Of a stretch of 64,000 nt of DNA, positions 1 to 13,674 are shown in pieces. Under the pieces are notes generated by a model that was not told where the DNA came from, made no database searches, and saw nothing but the letters and a program-made list of their open reading frames with translations. The number at the start of each line of letters is the position of its first letter. The first letter of the stretch is position 1. Both the position numbers and the translations under genes were made by a program. The DNA comes from Anaeromyxobacter sp. (GTDB taxonomy: Bacteria; Myxococcota; Myxococcia; Myxococcales; Anaeromyxobacteraceae). Location: the NCBI GenBank assembly GCA_049840735.1, contig JASGJN010000019.1:32001-96000 (forward strand), given 5' to 3'.

Positions 1-936
1 ACGGGATTCGCCGAGCTGGGGCGCTGGGTGCGCCTCGGCGGGCTGGGGCTGGGAGATCTGCTGCGCCGCCACCCGCTCACCCCGGCCGAGCTGGCCGAGA
101 CGGCGGTCCTGCTGGCGCTCCCGGGCGATCACCTGCTCACCGCCGCGGCCGCGCTCCGCAAGCAGCGAGGGGCTCCGGCGGAGCCAGGTGGCCCGACCTA
201 TCAGGAGCTCGTCCCCTACTATCGCAGCGAGCTGCCCGCCAAGCTGTTCCGCGCGGTGAGCCGGCCGGCGCCGGCGCATGCCGAGGTCTTCTTCGAGGAC
301 GAGCCGGGCTTCCTGCGGGCGCTGGTGCGGGCGCGCCAGCTGCTCGAGGAGCGCAGGGTGAGGCGCTGCCTGGTGGGCGGCATCGACTCGCTGCTCGAGC
401 GGTCGTGGCTCGACGCAGCGTTCGAGCTGGGGCTCCTCAAGACCGCCACTCGTCCCACCGGGTTCATGCCCGGCGAAGCGGCCGCGTTCCTGCTGCTCGA
501 GGGGGAGACAGAGGCACGGCGGGCGGAGCGGCCGGTGCTGGCGCGGCTGGAGGGGATCGAGGGGCGGCCCGAGGCTGAACGCGGGAAGGTGGTCGGCTCG
601 AGAGGACGCGCGCTGGCGGAGCTCATCGGGGCCTCGCTGCGTCAGGCCTCTCGCCCCTGCAGCGGCTTCTACTGCAATCTCAACGGTGACTCCGGCCGCG
701 CCCAGGAGTGGGGCTTCGCGCTGGTGCGCTTGCCGCAGGAGGCGCACCCGGCCGCCACCTTGCTACCGACGCTCTCCTTCGGCGAGACGCGCAGCGCCTT
801 CGGTCCGCTCGCCGCCTGCATGGCCGTCCGCGCCTTCGCGCGCAAGTACGCACCTTCCGACTCGCTCCTGGTCTGGCTCGCCTCCGAGGCGGGCGGGCGC
901 GGGAGCTTCGTCGTCACGCGGGAGCGCCGAGCATGA
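1..936 (+). CDS. Thiolase/beta-ketoacyl-synthase-fold T6SS accessory protein (PRK06147-like), 5'-truncated by window edge
   Basis: Frame is open from base 1 (TGFAELGRW...). Motifs LVGGIDSL, GFMPGEAAAFLLL, LNGDSGRAQEWG, SFGETRSAFG. Paralog of 12583-13674. Stop overlaps the next ATG (ATGA). Confidence 0.8.
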   Translation, partial: TGFAELGRWVRLGGLGLGDLLRRHPLTPAELAETAVLLALPGDHLLTAAAALRKQRGAPAEPGGPTYQELVPYYRSELPAKLFRAVSRPAPAHAEVFFEDEPGFLRALVRARQLLEERRVRRCLVGGIDSLLERSWLDAAFELGLLKTATRPTGFMPGEAAAFLLLEGETEARRAERPVLARLEGIEGRPEAERGKVVGSRGRALAELIGASLRQASRPCSGFYCNLNGDSGRAQEWGFALVRLPQEAHPAATLLPTLSFGETRSAFGPLAACMAVRAFARKYAPSDSLLVWLASEAGGRGSFVVTRERRA

Positions 937-1625
937 GCGGGAACAGCGAACACACGCCCAAACCCGTCGAGATGAAGGGCGTGTTCGAGCGGAACGAGGA
1001 GTACCGCGACAACTGCCAGGGCGGGTGCAAGGGCGGCTACCACGGGCACCGCTGGGACGCGCACCACATCCTGCCCTGCACGTCGTTCTCGGAGGCGAGC
1101 GCGTTCGTGCGCCAGTGCCTGGAGGCGACCGACTACGACATCAACAAGACCTACTCCATGTGCGGCCTCCCCCGGCTGACCGCGTTCATCCTCTACTTCC
1201 AGTCGGACAAGAGCATCCCGTTCGTGTTCGACCGGGAGCGGACGGTCACCATGCGCCGGTGGGGGAAGGTGGCGCAGTACCTCAAGGACCAGGGCAAGCC
1301 GGTCGTCTTCCCGGGAGAGCTGCCGGTGCACAACCCAGTGCACTGGGGGCACACCGACTACAACGTCCAGGTCGCCAAGTCGCTCAAGCAGAACGTGTTC
1401 AAGCAGATCATGGTCCGGGCGAGGCAGGAGAAGCACTTCAAGCCAGAGGAGATTCGGGCGCTCCTGGAAAAGGAGCGGCAGAGCTTCTGGAACCAACTCC
1501 AAGAAATCCCGCGCAAGCCCGGCGGGGGTGGGCTGACGGGAATCGAGAACAACCTCAGGCACCGATATGACTCCGCCCGCGACGGCTGGTGGAAGCCGAT
1601 GTGCATGACGGAGACCATCAGCTGA
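933..1625 (+). CDS. AHH-family (HNH/EndoVII superfamily) nuclease toxin 1
   Basis: WDAHHILP, YDIN..., HNPVHWGHTDY motifs. ATG at 933 overlaps the upstream stop. Followed by immunity-type genes. Confidence 0.8.
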   Translation: MSGNSEHTPKPVEMKGVFERNEEYRDNCQGGCKGGYHGHRWDAHHILPCTSFSEASAFVRQCLEATDYDINKTYSMCGLPRLTAFILYFQSDKSIPFVFDRERTVTMRRWGKVAQYLKDQGKPVVFPGELPVHNPVHWGHTDYNVQVAKSLKQNVFKQIMVRARQEKHFKPEEIRALLEKERQSFWNQLQEIPRKPGGGGLTGIENNLRHRYDSARDGWWKPMCMTETIS

Positions 1626-1676
1626 AGCACCCATCTCACCCAGCCTCGCCTGAGCGGATCAGCGGCCGGAGCCTCC

Positions 1677-2259
1677 ATGCCCTTCGTGCAGATCCTCGAC
1701 GACCTTCGACGCCAAGACGGCCCGTTTCAAATCCGTCAAGGGGTTCGAGGACACGTTCGAGTTCCTGATGGGAATCCCGGTAGCCGACCATTTCCCGTCC
1801 GATGCCACGTTCGAACGATGAGCGAGGACTTCCCGGACCGGATCGCCTTGCAGGACTTCCTGCCGAATGAGGACAGCGTGCTCGTCGTGAGCGAGCGGGT
1901 GTTGCGGATCCTGGAGGCGGAGAAGGTTCAGCACCTCGAGTACCTTCCCGTCCGTGTCGTCAACCACAAGGGGCGCAAGGTCCCGGAGCCGTATTTCATC
2001 CTGAACCTCCATCCCTTCGTGGACTGCGTCGATCAGAAGCAGAACCAGGTTCCAGCTGAACGACGTGAACCCGGACGTGTGGTACGGCGTCACCGACCTG
2101 ACCCTCCGGGAGGACGCGGTCCCGGCGGACTACAAGCTCTTCGGCGTTCCTCGGATCCCGGGGCTGGTCATCGTCGAGCAGGAGCTGGGGGACAAGCTGA
2201 GGGGGGCCAAGCTGGAGGGCTTCAGGCTGGTCGAGCTTTCCAAGGCCGAGGAAATCTAG
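1677..2259 (+). CDS. Imm11/DUF1629-like immunity protein (about 3 frameshifts)
   Basis: Joined frames give ...GIPVADHFPSDATF-MSEDFPDRIALQDFLPN..VVSERV..EYLPV..NHKG..YFILN..DCVD..YKLF, collinear with 14596-15180 and 16309-16911. Confidence 0.7.
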
Positions 2260-2309
2260 TTCGTCGCCACCCTCGCGGCCCGCGGTTCAGGCGGGCGCGT
2301 CGGACCTTC

Positions 2310-3113
2310 ATGGAACCCATCTCCGAATGCTGTGAAGACCTGGTCGTCCTCCTGAACGCCCACGCCACGGCCGCGGACAAGGCGCCGACGGTGGAGGACC
2401 GGGTAAGGGCCGCCGACGCCGCCTGCGCCTACTACCAGGGTGTGGGGATCTGCGAGCTGCTGCTGGACGCCGAGGTGGATGCCTTCTTCCACCACTTCAT
2501 CCGCTCGGCGCAGTCGCGCCGGTGGGTGCTGCAGCAGCGCCCTGGCCCTCTGGGCACGGTCCCATCCGTCTCCGGGATCATGAAGGCCAGCAACACGCGC
2601 GGACTGTTCGCGGCCATGGCGGCCGGCCAGTGGCGCCTGGCCGAGGACATCGCGCGCCTGTCCCCCGACGCCTGGAGCGCGGCGGACGAGTACGAGGACG
2701 ACTTCTGCTACGCGTCCTTTCTCCACGGCCACCTGCTCGGCGCCGCGCACGACCAGCTGGACGCGATCCTGGCGCGGTTCGAGAAGGCGCTGGAGGGCGG
2801 CGAGGCGGTCCGGCGGGACCTGTGCCGGGCGCTGCTGGCCAAGGAGGCCAGCGCCCTCCTGGCCGCGTTCGACGCGCTCATCGCCGAGCGGGACGAGCAC
2901 CTGGCCAAGCTGCGCCAGGGGCCGATGTGCCGGGACTCGCTCTTCACGCCCTTCGCGTCGGTGTACGTGGAGGGGCTGGCCTGGCTGGCCCTGCTGGAGC
3001 GCGCCGGCGTCGCCACGCCGGCCGAGGTGGACTACTGTCCTGCGCTGGTGCGCACCACGGCCTTCGCGCCCTTCGTGCCCAGCTCCTTCCCGGGGTTGCC
3101 GCTGGAAGGCTGA
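2310..3113 (+). CDS. Imm49-like putative immunity protein (copy 1)
   Basis: Helical protein with EYEDDF and EGLAWL...DYCP motifs shared with four other copies in the window. Confidence 0.65.
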   Translation: MEPISECCEDLVVLLNAHATAADKAPTVEDRVRAADAACAYYQGVGICELLLDAEVDAFFHHFIRSAQSRRWVLQQRPGPLGTVPSVSGIMKASNTRGLFAAMAAGQWRLAEDIARLSPDAWSAADEYEDDFCYASFLHGHLLGAAHDQLDAILARFEKALEGGEAVRRDLCRALLAKEASALLAAFDALIAERDEHLAKLRQGPMCRDSLFTPFASVYVEGLAWLALLERAGVATPAEVDYCPALVRTTAFAPFVPSSFPGLPLEG

Positions 3114-3129
3114 GCGCGCTGGAGGCGAC

Positions 3130-3934
3130 ATGGGTCGGATGTTCGAGGCGGCAGAAGACGTCGAGATCCTCCTGGCCAGCCACGTGGCCGCGGCTGCGCA
3201 GGCCCCGGAGCTGGCGGACCGGCTGACCTCGGCGGACGCGGCCAGCACCTACTACCAGGGCCTCGCCATCTGCGAGCTCCTGCTCGAGCGCGACGCGGAC
3301 GCGTTCTTCCACGACGCCATCCGCAGCGCGCAGTGCCGGCACTGGGTGCTCCGGCACCGGACCGGGCTTGGCGACCCGGCGCCGCTCGCGGGCATCCTCA
3401 AGGCCAGCAACACGCGCGGACTGTTCGCCGCGCTGCTCTCGCGGCAGTGGCGGCTGGCGGCGGCGATCGCGCAGCACGCGTCGACCGACTGGAGCAAGCG
3501 CGACGAGTACGAGGAGGACTTCCTCCACGCCCACTTCCTGCATCGCCGTCTGCTCGGCGCATCGCCCGGCGAGCTCCAGGAGAATCCTGCGACGCTTCGA
3601 GGTGGCGGTGCAGGGCGGCGAGGCGCCGCGGCTCGACCTCTGCCAGGCGCTCCTGGTGCGCGATGCGGCGGCGGCGGAGCAGGCGTTCGCGGCCCTCATC
3701 GTGGAGCGCGGGCAGGAGCTCCAGAAGCAGAAGCGGGCTGGCCTCGACGCCGACAGCCTGTATCTGCCGTTCTCCCGGGTCTACACGGAAGGGCTGGCCT
3801 GGCTGGCGCTGCTCGATGAAGCAAGGATCGGGATCGCGGGTGAGCTGGACTACTGTCCCCAGGCGGCCCGGGCCGCGGTCTACGCGCCCTTCGTGCCAGG
3901 CCCGTTCCCATCGGAGCCGCTCCCGGGGAGCTGA
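3130..3934 (+). CDS. Imm49-like putative immunity protein (copy 2; tandem duplicate; frameshift ~3583)
   Basis: GGAGG at 3121. YYQGLAICELLL, KASNTRGLF and EGLAWL closely match copy 1. ORFs 3130-3819 and 3368-3934 join. Confidence 0.65.
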
Positions 3935-4009
3935 CCCCAGCGACTGCTCCATGCGTGCCACCTTTCGGGGCCTTGCCCTCACCCGGCCGGCGCGGAACAC
4001 ACTCCGGTC

Positions 4010-4579
4010 ATGACCGACCCCAAGTCCTTCGTCTCCTCCGGGCGTGACCTGGAGGACAGCTTCTTCCTCCAGGAGGATCGCAAGCTGCTGGAGTGGCAGC
4101 GCAAGCTGCGGCAGCAGCAGGAGAGCCGGCAGGCGTTGGCCCAGGCCTCCGGCATCCGCGACGAGAAGGTGCTCGATCGCCTGGTCGCGCTCGGCGTCCG
4201 CCCCGAGAGCCTGGCGCCCCTGGCCCTGTTCCCGATCATCGAGGTGGCCTGGGCGGACGGGAAGCTCGACGAGCGCGAGCGCAAGGCGGTGCTGGACGCC
4301 GCCGAGGCGCGGGGCTACAAGCCCGGGCAGCTGGAGTACGAGATGCTCCAGAGTTGGCTGCAGCACCGGCCGTCGCCCAGCATGTTCGAGACCTGGGAGC
4401 ACTACGTGGCGGGCCTCCTGCCGCAGCTCGGGGCCGACGAGCGCGCGTCACTGCGGGGCGAGCTCCTGCAGCGGGCCCGCAAGGTCGCCGAGGCCGCCGG
4501 CGGGTTCCTGGGCCTTGGCAAGATCTCCGCCAGCGAGGAGGCCGCCATCGCCCGGCTGGAGCGGGCGCTCGCGGGCTGA
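4010..4579 (+). CDS. Conserved hypothetical protein, TerB-like
   Basis: GRDLEDSFF, VAWADGKLDERER and AEAAGGFLGLG motifs; typical codon usage. Confidence 0.55.
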   Translation: MTDPKSFVSSGRDLEDSFFLQEDRKLLEWQRKLRQQQESRQALAQASGIRDEKVLDRLVALGVRPESLAPLALFPIIEVAWADGKLDERERKAVLDAAEARGYKPGQLEYEMLQSWLQHRPSPSMFETWEHYVAGLLPQLGADERASLRGELLQRARKVAEAAGGFLGLGKISASEEAAIARLERALAG

Positions 4580-4609
4580 GCGGGTCTCGTTCCTTTCGCC
4601 GCACCGCTG

Positions 4610-4640
4610 CACGGACCGTGGACCGCCTCCACGGTCCGTG
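4610..4640. terminator. Perfect 13-bp-stem hairpin (possible terminator or processing site)
   Basis: cacggaccgtgga-ccgcc-tccacggtccgtg; no U-tract. Confidence 0.3.
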
Positions 4641-4653
4641 TCATCGTCCCCGC

Positions 4654-5004
4654 GTGCTCTGGGGCCGGACGCTCATCTACGCCTTCGTCGAGTTCGTCTG
4701 GGTCGGCGCGGTGGTCACCATCGCCTGGCTGCTGATGGCGGCCTACCTCGGGCGCTTCGCCGACAAGCTGCAGGACCGGCTCGACGAGCGCTGGAGCCGG
4801 ACGATCTTCGTCGCCTGGTTGACGCTCGGCGTCGGCCTGGGGCTGTGGCTCTACCGGCTGGCGCTGGCGCGAGACATCGTCGCGAAGGTCGGCATCGAGG
4901 CGCCGGAGGTGAGCCGGTACCTCTACACGGCGGGTCTGCTGCCCCCGGTCGCGGCCCTCGCCGTGTTCACCTTTTGGGTATCGCGGATCAGGGTCTCCTT
5001 CTAG
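4654..5004 (+). CDS. Small membrane protein (~3 TM), hypothetical
   Basis: Three hydrophobic segments at the 3' end of ORF 4093-5004; start codon uncertain. Confidence 0.55.
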   Translation: MLWGRTLIYAFVEFVWVGAVVTIAWLLMAAYLGRFADKLQDRLDERWSRTIFVAWLTLGVGLGLWLYRLALARDIVAKVGIEAPEVSRYLYTAGLLPPVAALAVFTFWVSRIRVSF

Positions 5005-5239
5005 AGGGAGCTAACCCCTCGTGAAGACACCCGGGGTGACGAGGGGCGGCGCTGCGGCGCAACGGCGCACGAGTGTCGGCTTGCCTGGGTGATTTCACCA
5101 CTGTACCGTCGGTGTAATCCGGATCCGGGCGGTACCCTGCCAGGCTCACCACCACGGTCGCGCGGTTCGATTGGCCGTGAGAGGCCTGTCTGCTCGCGCG
5201 TCGAGGCGGGCTTCGCGCCGGAACCGAGAAGGACCGGCC

Positions 5240-8365
<3,126 letters not shown>

Positions 8366-8379
8366 GAGGGAAGCCCACC

Positions 8380-9504
8380 ATGTCCGTGCACCCGAGAGCC
8401 CTGCTGCCCACCCTGCTCCTGGCCGCGCTCTGCGCCGGGCCCGCCGGCGCGCACGCCGCGTCCCCGCGCACGGCCCAGGCCGCCCCCGCGCCCGCCAAGG
8501 CCGCCACGCCGCCCCTGCCCATGCCGGACAAGCTGCAGGAGCAGCTGGATCCGCCCGGCGCCAAGGAGAACGTCTGGAGCCGGGGCGTGCCCGAGGCCGA
8601 GCGGCAGGCAGCGGAGAAGCTGTTCTACGAGGGGAACGGGCTCATGCGGGAGTCCATCACCCACTCGGCCATCGCCAAGTACCGCGAGGCGATGAAGCAC
8701 TGGGACCACCCCAACATCCACTACAACATCTCGGTGGCGCTGATGACGCTCGACCAGCCGGTCGAGACGTACAAGCACCTGCAGGACGCCACGAAGTACG
8801 GCCCCACGCCGCTGGAGCAGGAGCGCTACGAGCACGCGCTCAACTACCTGGCGCTGCTGCGCCAGCAGCTGGCCCACGTGCGCGTCACCTGCCCGGTGCC
8901 CGGGGCGCAGCTGGACGTGGACGGCAACCCGGTGCTGGTGACGCCCGGCACCTACGAGGCGCTGGTCCGCGCCGGCCAGCACTCCATCGCGGCGCGCAAG
9001 GAGGGCTACGTCTCCAACGAGTCCACGCGCGTCCTGGAGGGCGGCAAGCTCACCGAGATCACGCTGGAGCTCAAGACCGTGGCCGAGCTGACCGAGACGC
9101 AGCGCCGCTTCCCGGTCTGGGTGCCCTGGACCATCGCCGGGACCGGCGTGGCGGTGGCGGCGGTGGGCGGCGTGTTCCACTACTCCGGCAACCAGAAGAT
9201 CGACGACGCCAACCAGTACGCGATTGACACCTGCCTCGAGCCCGACGGCTGTCCTGCGGGGGAGCCGGCGCACGCAGCGGATCTGCGCGAGCAGGGCGAG
9301 AAGTACCAGAAGGTCGCCGCAGGCGCCTACGTGGTCGGCGGCGTCGCCATCGGCACGGGCATCGTCATGGCCCTCTTCAACGGCACCGAGACGCGGGTGC
9401 GCGGCTACGACAACCCGGGCGCGCCGGCGAAGGCGCCCAAGGTCGCCATCTCACCGCTGGTCACCCCCGACGCTCCCGGCCTCTCGGTGGCCTGGCGCTT
9501 CTGA
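8380..9504 (+). CDS. Secreted TPR-like + PEGA-domain protein with C-terminal hydrophobic hairpin
   Basis: Signal peptide, helical region, PGAQLDVDG..G.HSIAARKEGY (PEGA), C-terminal GLSVAWRF. Confidence 0.7.
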   Translation: MSVHPRALLPTLLLAALCAGPAGAHAASPRTAQAAPAPAKAATPPLPMPDKLQEQLDPPGAKENVWSRGVPEAERQAAEKLFYEGNGLMRESITHSAIAKYREAMKHWDHPNIHYNISVALMTLDQPVETYKHLQDATKYGPTPLEQERYEHALNYLALLRQQLAHVRVTCPVPGAQLDVDGNPVLVTPGTYEALVRAGQHSIAARKEGYVSNESTRVLEGGKLTEITLELKTVAELTETQRRFPVWVPWTIAGTGVAVAAVGGVFHYSGNQKIDDANQYAIDTCLEPDGCPAGEPAHAADLREQGEKYQKVAAGAYVVGGVAIGTGIVMALFNGTETRVRGYDNPGAPAKAPKVAISPLVTPDAPGLSVAWRF

Positions 9505-9518
9505 CCGGAGGACACCCC

Positions 9519-11375
9519 ATGACCCGCAACCGCGCCCTCCGCGTCCCGACGCTGCTGCTCCTCCTCCTCGCCGTCGCGCTCGGCGGCCTCGCCTGCAGCA
9601 AGGGCGAGGGCACCCTGTGCGCCAGCGGGCGGTTCTGTCCGCCAGGCTCGCAGTGCGCCGTGAGCGACGACGCCTGCATCTGGGATGGTTGCGGGGACGG
9701 CCACGTGGACGACTCGCCCGACCCGGACCCGGCCCGCGCCGGCAAGCCGCTCGAGGTGTGCGACGACGGCAACCTCCGGAACGGCGACGGCTGCCGCCTG
9801 GACTGCAAGTCGGACGAGACCTGCGGAAACGACGAGGACGACCCGGACGTGGGCGAGGTCTGCGACGACGACAACAACGACGACGGCGACGGTTGTAGCG
9901 CAGACTGCCGGTCGACGGAGGCCTGCGGGAACACGATCCTCGATCCTGGGGAGGTCTGCGACGGAGGACCGAGCGGCATCCCGGACGTGGGGATGGAGCG
10001 GGCCTGGTGCAACGACGACTGCACCGCGGCCCGCTGCAACGACGGCAAGGTGAACGAGGCGGCCGGAGAGCAGTGCGACCGGAACGGCGACGGCGTGCCC
10101 GGCAGCAGCGGCCAGTCGGCCACCTGCAACGTGAACTGCACGGCGAGCGTGTGCGGGGACGACTTCATCAACCCGCAGGCGCTGGAGGAGTGCGACCGCG
10201 GGCCTGGGATGAACAGCGACAGCGGCGACTGCCTGACCAGCTGCAAGGTGAACGTCTGCGGAGACGGGTACCCCAATGACACGCTGGTGGGGGGGCGTCC
10301 GCGGGAGGAGTGCGACGCGGGGAGCGGCAACTCGGACACGGGCGCGTGCACGACGGCTTGCAAGAACGCCGTCTGCGGCGACGGGCACGTGCAGGCGGGG
10401 GTGGAGACCTGCGACGAGGGGTCGGGGAGCGTCTCGGAGAAGACGGCGTGCCCGTACGGGCAGACCACCTGCACGGTGTGCAGCGCGTGCCAGACGGTGA
10501 CGCTCACGGGGCCGTACTGCGGGGACGGCACCCAGCAGAACCCGCCCGAGGCCTGCGATCAGGGTACGAGCAACGGCGCGACCACGTGCGCGTACCACCA
10601 GGATCCGTTCACGTGCCAGAACTGCAACGCGGTGTGCACGGCGTACGTGCCGGTGGCGGCGCCGTACTGCGGGGACGGGAGCACTAACGGTCCGGAGGCG
10701 TGCGACGACGGGAACACGGTGAACGAGAGCTCCTGCGCGTACGGCCAGGCCAGCTGCGAGGGTTGCCGGAGTGACTGCCTGGCCAAGCTCACGTTGCAGG
10801 GGGCGTACTGCGGGGACTTCCACGTGGACTCGGGGGACGGGGAGGTCTGCGACAGCAGCCAGTCGTTCGCGTGCGGGGTGTGCATTCCCGCGGGTCAGAC
10901 GGGGGCCTGCACGTTCTATGGGAACGGCACGTCCGGGAGTCAGCTCGCGGCGGCTGAAGGCGCGCTATTGGTTTCGGGGCTGGGGTTGGTGGGCGTGACC
11001 TTCACGCTTGGAGACGACGTAAACACCTCCCCTTGGACATTCGAGTTCGTGGACGGCGGGCCTGCCCAGCCAGGGAACGTACCGATCAGCATCACGGGTA
11101 TGGCGAACACGGGAGACGTGGCAGGCGCCATCCTTGCGGCGCTCCCCGCGACGCTGCGGATTGACGCGACCGTGAGCGGGAGCGAGGTGAGGCTGGTGAA
11201 CCGGGTGACGGGGATCGTTGGCAACCTGCCGATCGAGATCGCGCCGGCAGGGACGACAGCGTTGACGGGTACGGGGATGGGCGGCGGCCGGGGCTGTGGG
11301 GCCGGTCAGGCGTGCTCGCGTGATCGGGACTGCGTGAGCTTGAACTGCCGCCCGAGCCATACCTGCGGCACGTGA
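9519..11375 (+). CDS. Lipoprotein with Myxococcus cysteine-rich repeats (DUF4215/TIGR02232-like)
   Basis: Lipobox-like GLAC; many CG(D/N)G...E.CDDGN...DGC repeats. Confidence 0.85.
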   Translation: MTRNRALRVPTLLLLLLAVALGGLACSKGEGTLCASGRFCPPGSQCAVSDDACIWDGCGDGHVDDSPDPDPARAGKPLEVCDDGNLRNGDGCRLDCKSDETCGNDEDDPDVGEVCDDDNNDDGDGCSADCRSTEACGNTILDPGEVCDGGPSGIPDVGMERAWCNDDCTAARCNDGKVNEAAGEQCDRNGDGVPGSSGQSATCNVNCTASVCGDDFINPQALEECDRGPGMNSDSGDCLTSCKVNVCGDGYPNDTLVGGRPREECDAGSGNSDTGACTTACKNAVCGDGHVQAGVETCDEGSGSVSEKTACPYGQTTCTVCSACQTVTLTGPYCGDGTQQNPPEACDQGTSNGATTCAYHQDPFTCQNCNAVCTAYVPVAAPYCGDGSTNGPEACDDGNTVNESSCAYGQASCEGCRSDCLAKLTLQGAYCGDFHVDSGDGEVCDSSQSFACGVCIPAGQTGACTFYGNGTSGSQLAAAEGALLVSGLGLVGVTFTLGDDVNTSPWTFEFVDGGPAQPGNVPISITGMANTGDVAGAILAALPATLRIDATVSGSEVRLVNRVTGIVGNLPIEIAPAGTTALTGTGMGGGRGCGAGQACSRDRDCVSLNCRPSHTCGT

Positions 11376-11407
11376 CGTGCCGGTAATCGAAAATGGGAGG
11401 TCCAGAC

Positions 11408-12544
11408 ATGTCGAGCAGGCAGATCGGGACGGCGGCGGTGATCGGCCTCATGGGGGTGTGGGCCGCGTGCACCAGCGACGGAGGGGGTGCGAGCCCGACC
11501 GTGCTGGTGAGCGGCGGGCATCGCCAGAGCTGCGCGGTGATCGAAGGGCGTGCGTCCTGCTGGGGCAGGAACGATTACGGGGCTCTGGGTGACGGAACCC
11601 ACACCAGCCGGAGCATGGCGGCCGGCGTGCTCGGGTTGGATGCCGGCGTGACGCGCATCGGCACGGGCGGGGACCATGCGTGCGCCGTGCAGGGAGGCGC
11701 ACTCTTGTGCTGGGGCTCAAACGTCGACGGGCAACTCGGCACCGGCGCGGATACGGAGAGCGTGAGCACGCCTGCAGCGGTCGCAGGAATCGGTGAGGTG
11801 CAGTCCCTGGCGCTCGGGTGGGACCACACCTGCGTCGTGGATGCGGCCGCCGGGAAGTGCTGGGGCAACAACCATGGTGGTCAGCTCGGCATCAGTGGGG
11901 TGGGGTTGAGCCGTAGTCCGGTGACCGTCCCCGGGCTGGAAGCCGGGGTGACCGCGATCACGGCGGGATATCGCCACAGCTGTGCCGTGGTGAACGGGGC
12001 GGCGAAGTGCTGGGGCCTGAACGATCACGGACAGCTCGGAAACGGAAACACCACCAACAGCACCACTCCTGTCCAGGTCGAAGGGCTCACGAGCGGGGTG
12101 ACGGCCATCGCTGCAGGCTACGCCCATAGCTGCGCCGTCGTGAGCGGAGCAGTGAAGTGCTGGGGTTGGAACGGTGAGGGCGGGCTGGGCGATGGGACGC
12201 TCACCGAGCGCAGTGCGCCAGTGCAGACGCTGGGGCTGACGAACGGCGTGACGGCAGTAGCCGCAATGGCAGGCAGCGGGTGTGCGCTGGTGGGTGGAGC
12301 CGTGAAGTGTTGGGGCGACAACGAGGACGGATCGGTTGGGGATGGGACGAACGTGAACCGGGTCGAGCCTGTGCAGGTGGAGGGGCTGGAGAGCGGTGTC
12401 AAGGCACTCGCGGCTTACGGCTACACTGCGTGCGCGAACGCATCGGATGTGGTGAAGTGCTGGGGCCTGAACCAGTTCGGCCAGGTCGGGGACGGCAGCG
12501 CGACCAGAAGCCTGAACGCACCCGTTCCCGTCACTGGCTTGTAG
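11408..12544 (+). CDS. RCC1-repeat (beta-propeller) lipoprotein
   Basis: GGAGG at 11396; AAC lipobox-like; seven HSCA..G..KCWG.N..GQLG.G repeats. Confidence 0.85.
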   Translation: MSSRQIGTAAVIGLMGVWAACTSDGGGASPTVLVSGGHRQSCAVIEGRASCWGRNDYGALGDGTHTSRSMAAGVLGLDAGVTRIGTGGDHACAVQGGALLCWGSNVDGQLGTGADTESVSTPAAVAGIGEVQSLALGWDHTCVVDAAAGKCWGNNHGGQLGISGVGLSRSPVTVPGLEAGVTAITAGYRHSCAVVNGAAKCWGLNDHGQLGNGNTTNSTTPVQVEGLTSGVTAIAAGYAHSCAVVSGAVKCWGWNGEGGLGDGTLTERSAPVQTLGLTNGVTAVAAMAGSGCALVGGAVKCWGDNEDGSVGDGTNVNRVEPVQVEGLESGVKALAAYGYTACANASDVVKCWGLNQFGQVGDGSATRSLNAPVPVTGL

Positions 12545-12582
12545 GCGGACGCGAGCCATGGAGTCGATGGCCGGGTGATCGG

Positions 12583-13674
12583 ATGAGCACGCTCGCGATC
12601 CGAGCCATCGGGCTCTCGACCCCGCTCGGCGGCGGGGTGCAGGCGTGCGCCGCGGCCCGTGCCGGGATCTCTCGGCCTGGCCCGGCGCCTGACGTGACCG
12701 TCATGTTCCCGGGGGACGAGGAGCCGCAGCCGGTCACGGTGCACGCCCACCCGACGGCGACGCAGGGGTTCACGGGGGCGGGCCGGCTCATCGCGCTGCT
12801 GCAGGAGGCGTTGATCGACCTGGTGTACTCGGTGCCCGCGACGACGTGGGCGAGCCGCACGCGGCTGTTCCTCGCCCTGCCCGATCCGCTCTGGCGCGAG
12901 CCGGAGACGCTGGACGAGGGCGAGCGTGAGCTGCCGGCCGAGGAGCGGATCGCTGCGCTCGGGCAGAAGGTGGTGAAGGGCGTGTGCGCGGCGACCGGGC
13001 TGCCGCTCCAGCAGCTCACGCCTTCGTTCCACGGCGGGGACGAGCTGGCCTTCTCGCACGCGCTGGTCGCCGCAGCGCGCGCCCTGGAGGCCCGGCAGCT
13101 CGAGACCGCCCTGGTCTGCGCCGCGGACAGCCTGGTCGGCGCAGACACGCTCGAGCTGTTCGCCGCAGAGGGGCGGCTCAAGCACGGCGACCAGCCGGTC
13201 GGGTTCACTCCCGGCGAGGCGGCCGGCGCGGTGCTCCTGACGGCGCCGGCTCGCGGCCAGGCGTCGTTCACGGTCGCGCCGCCCGCCATCGCTGTGGACG
13301 CGTGGCGCTGGGGTGCCGAGGCCCCCTCCGATGGCCGGAAGCTGGCGGGTTGCTTGGTGAGCGCGGCAGCCGCGGTCCCACCGAACATGCCGCTCGCGTT
13401 GGTCTCGGATTGCGACGGGGAGACCCACCGGGCGCGCGAGCTCGGGCTGGCGCGGGTCCACCTGAAGCGGCGCCACCCTGGGCTGGCGGAGTCCGAGGTC
13501 AGATACCCGGCGCTAGCCTTCGCGCGGACCGGCGTGGCCTCCGGGCTGCTCGGCCTGGCGGCTGCGCGGCATGCGCTCTGGCGCGAGAAGTCGGCGCCGC
13601 GCCACTTCATCGTGGCGAGCAGTGCCGACGACGGGAAGCGGAGCGCCTTCCTGGTGACGAGGACGACGGCATGA
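12583..13674 (+). CDS. Thiolase/KS-fold T6SS accessory protein (PRK06147-like), copy 2
   Basis: GLSTPLG..AAARAGISR, AADSLV, GFTPGEAAGAVLL, DCDGETHRARE. ATGA overlap with the toxin. Confidence 0.8.
   Translation: MSTLAIRAIGLSTPLGGGVQACAAARAGISRPGPAPDVTVMFPGDEEPQPVTVHAHPTATQGFTGAGRLIALLQEALIDLVYSVPATTWASRTRLFLALPDPLWREPETLDEGERELPAEERIAALGQKVVKGVCAATGLPLQQLTPSFHGGDELAFSHALVAAARALEARQLETALVCAADSLVGADTLELFAAEGRLKHGDQPVGFTPGEAAGAVLLTAPARGQASFTVAPPAIAVDAWRWGAEAPSDGRKLAGCLVSAAAAVPPNMPLALVSDCDGETHRARELGLARVHLKRRHPGLAESEVRYPALAFARTGVASGLLGLAAARHALWREKSAPRHFIVASSADDGKRSAFLVTRTTA

Noticed and set aside
1677..3113. 478-aa Imm11-Imm49 fusion
   Set aside because: Artefact of a frameshift near 2048; Imm11 ends at 2259 and Imm49 starts at 2310, as in the other modules.
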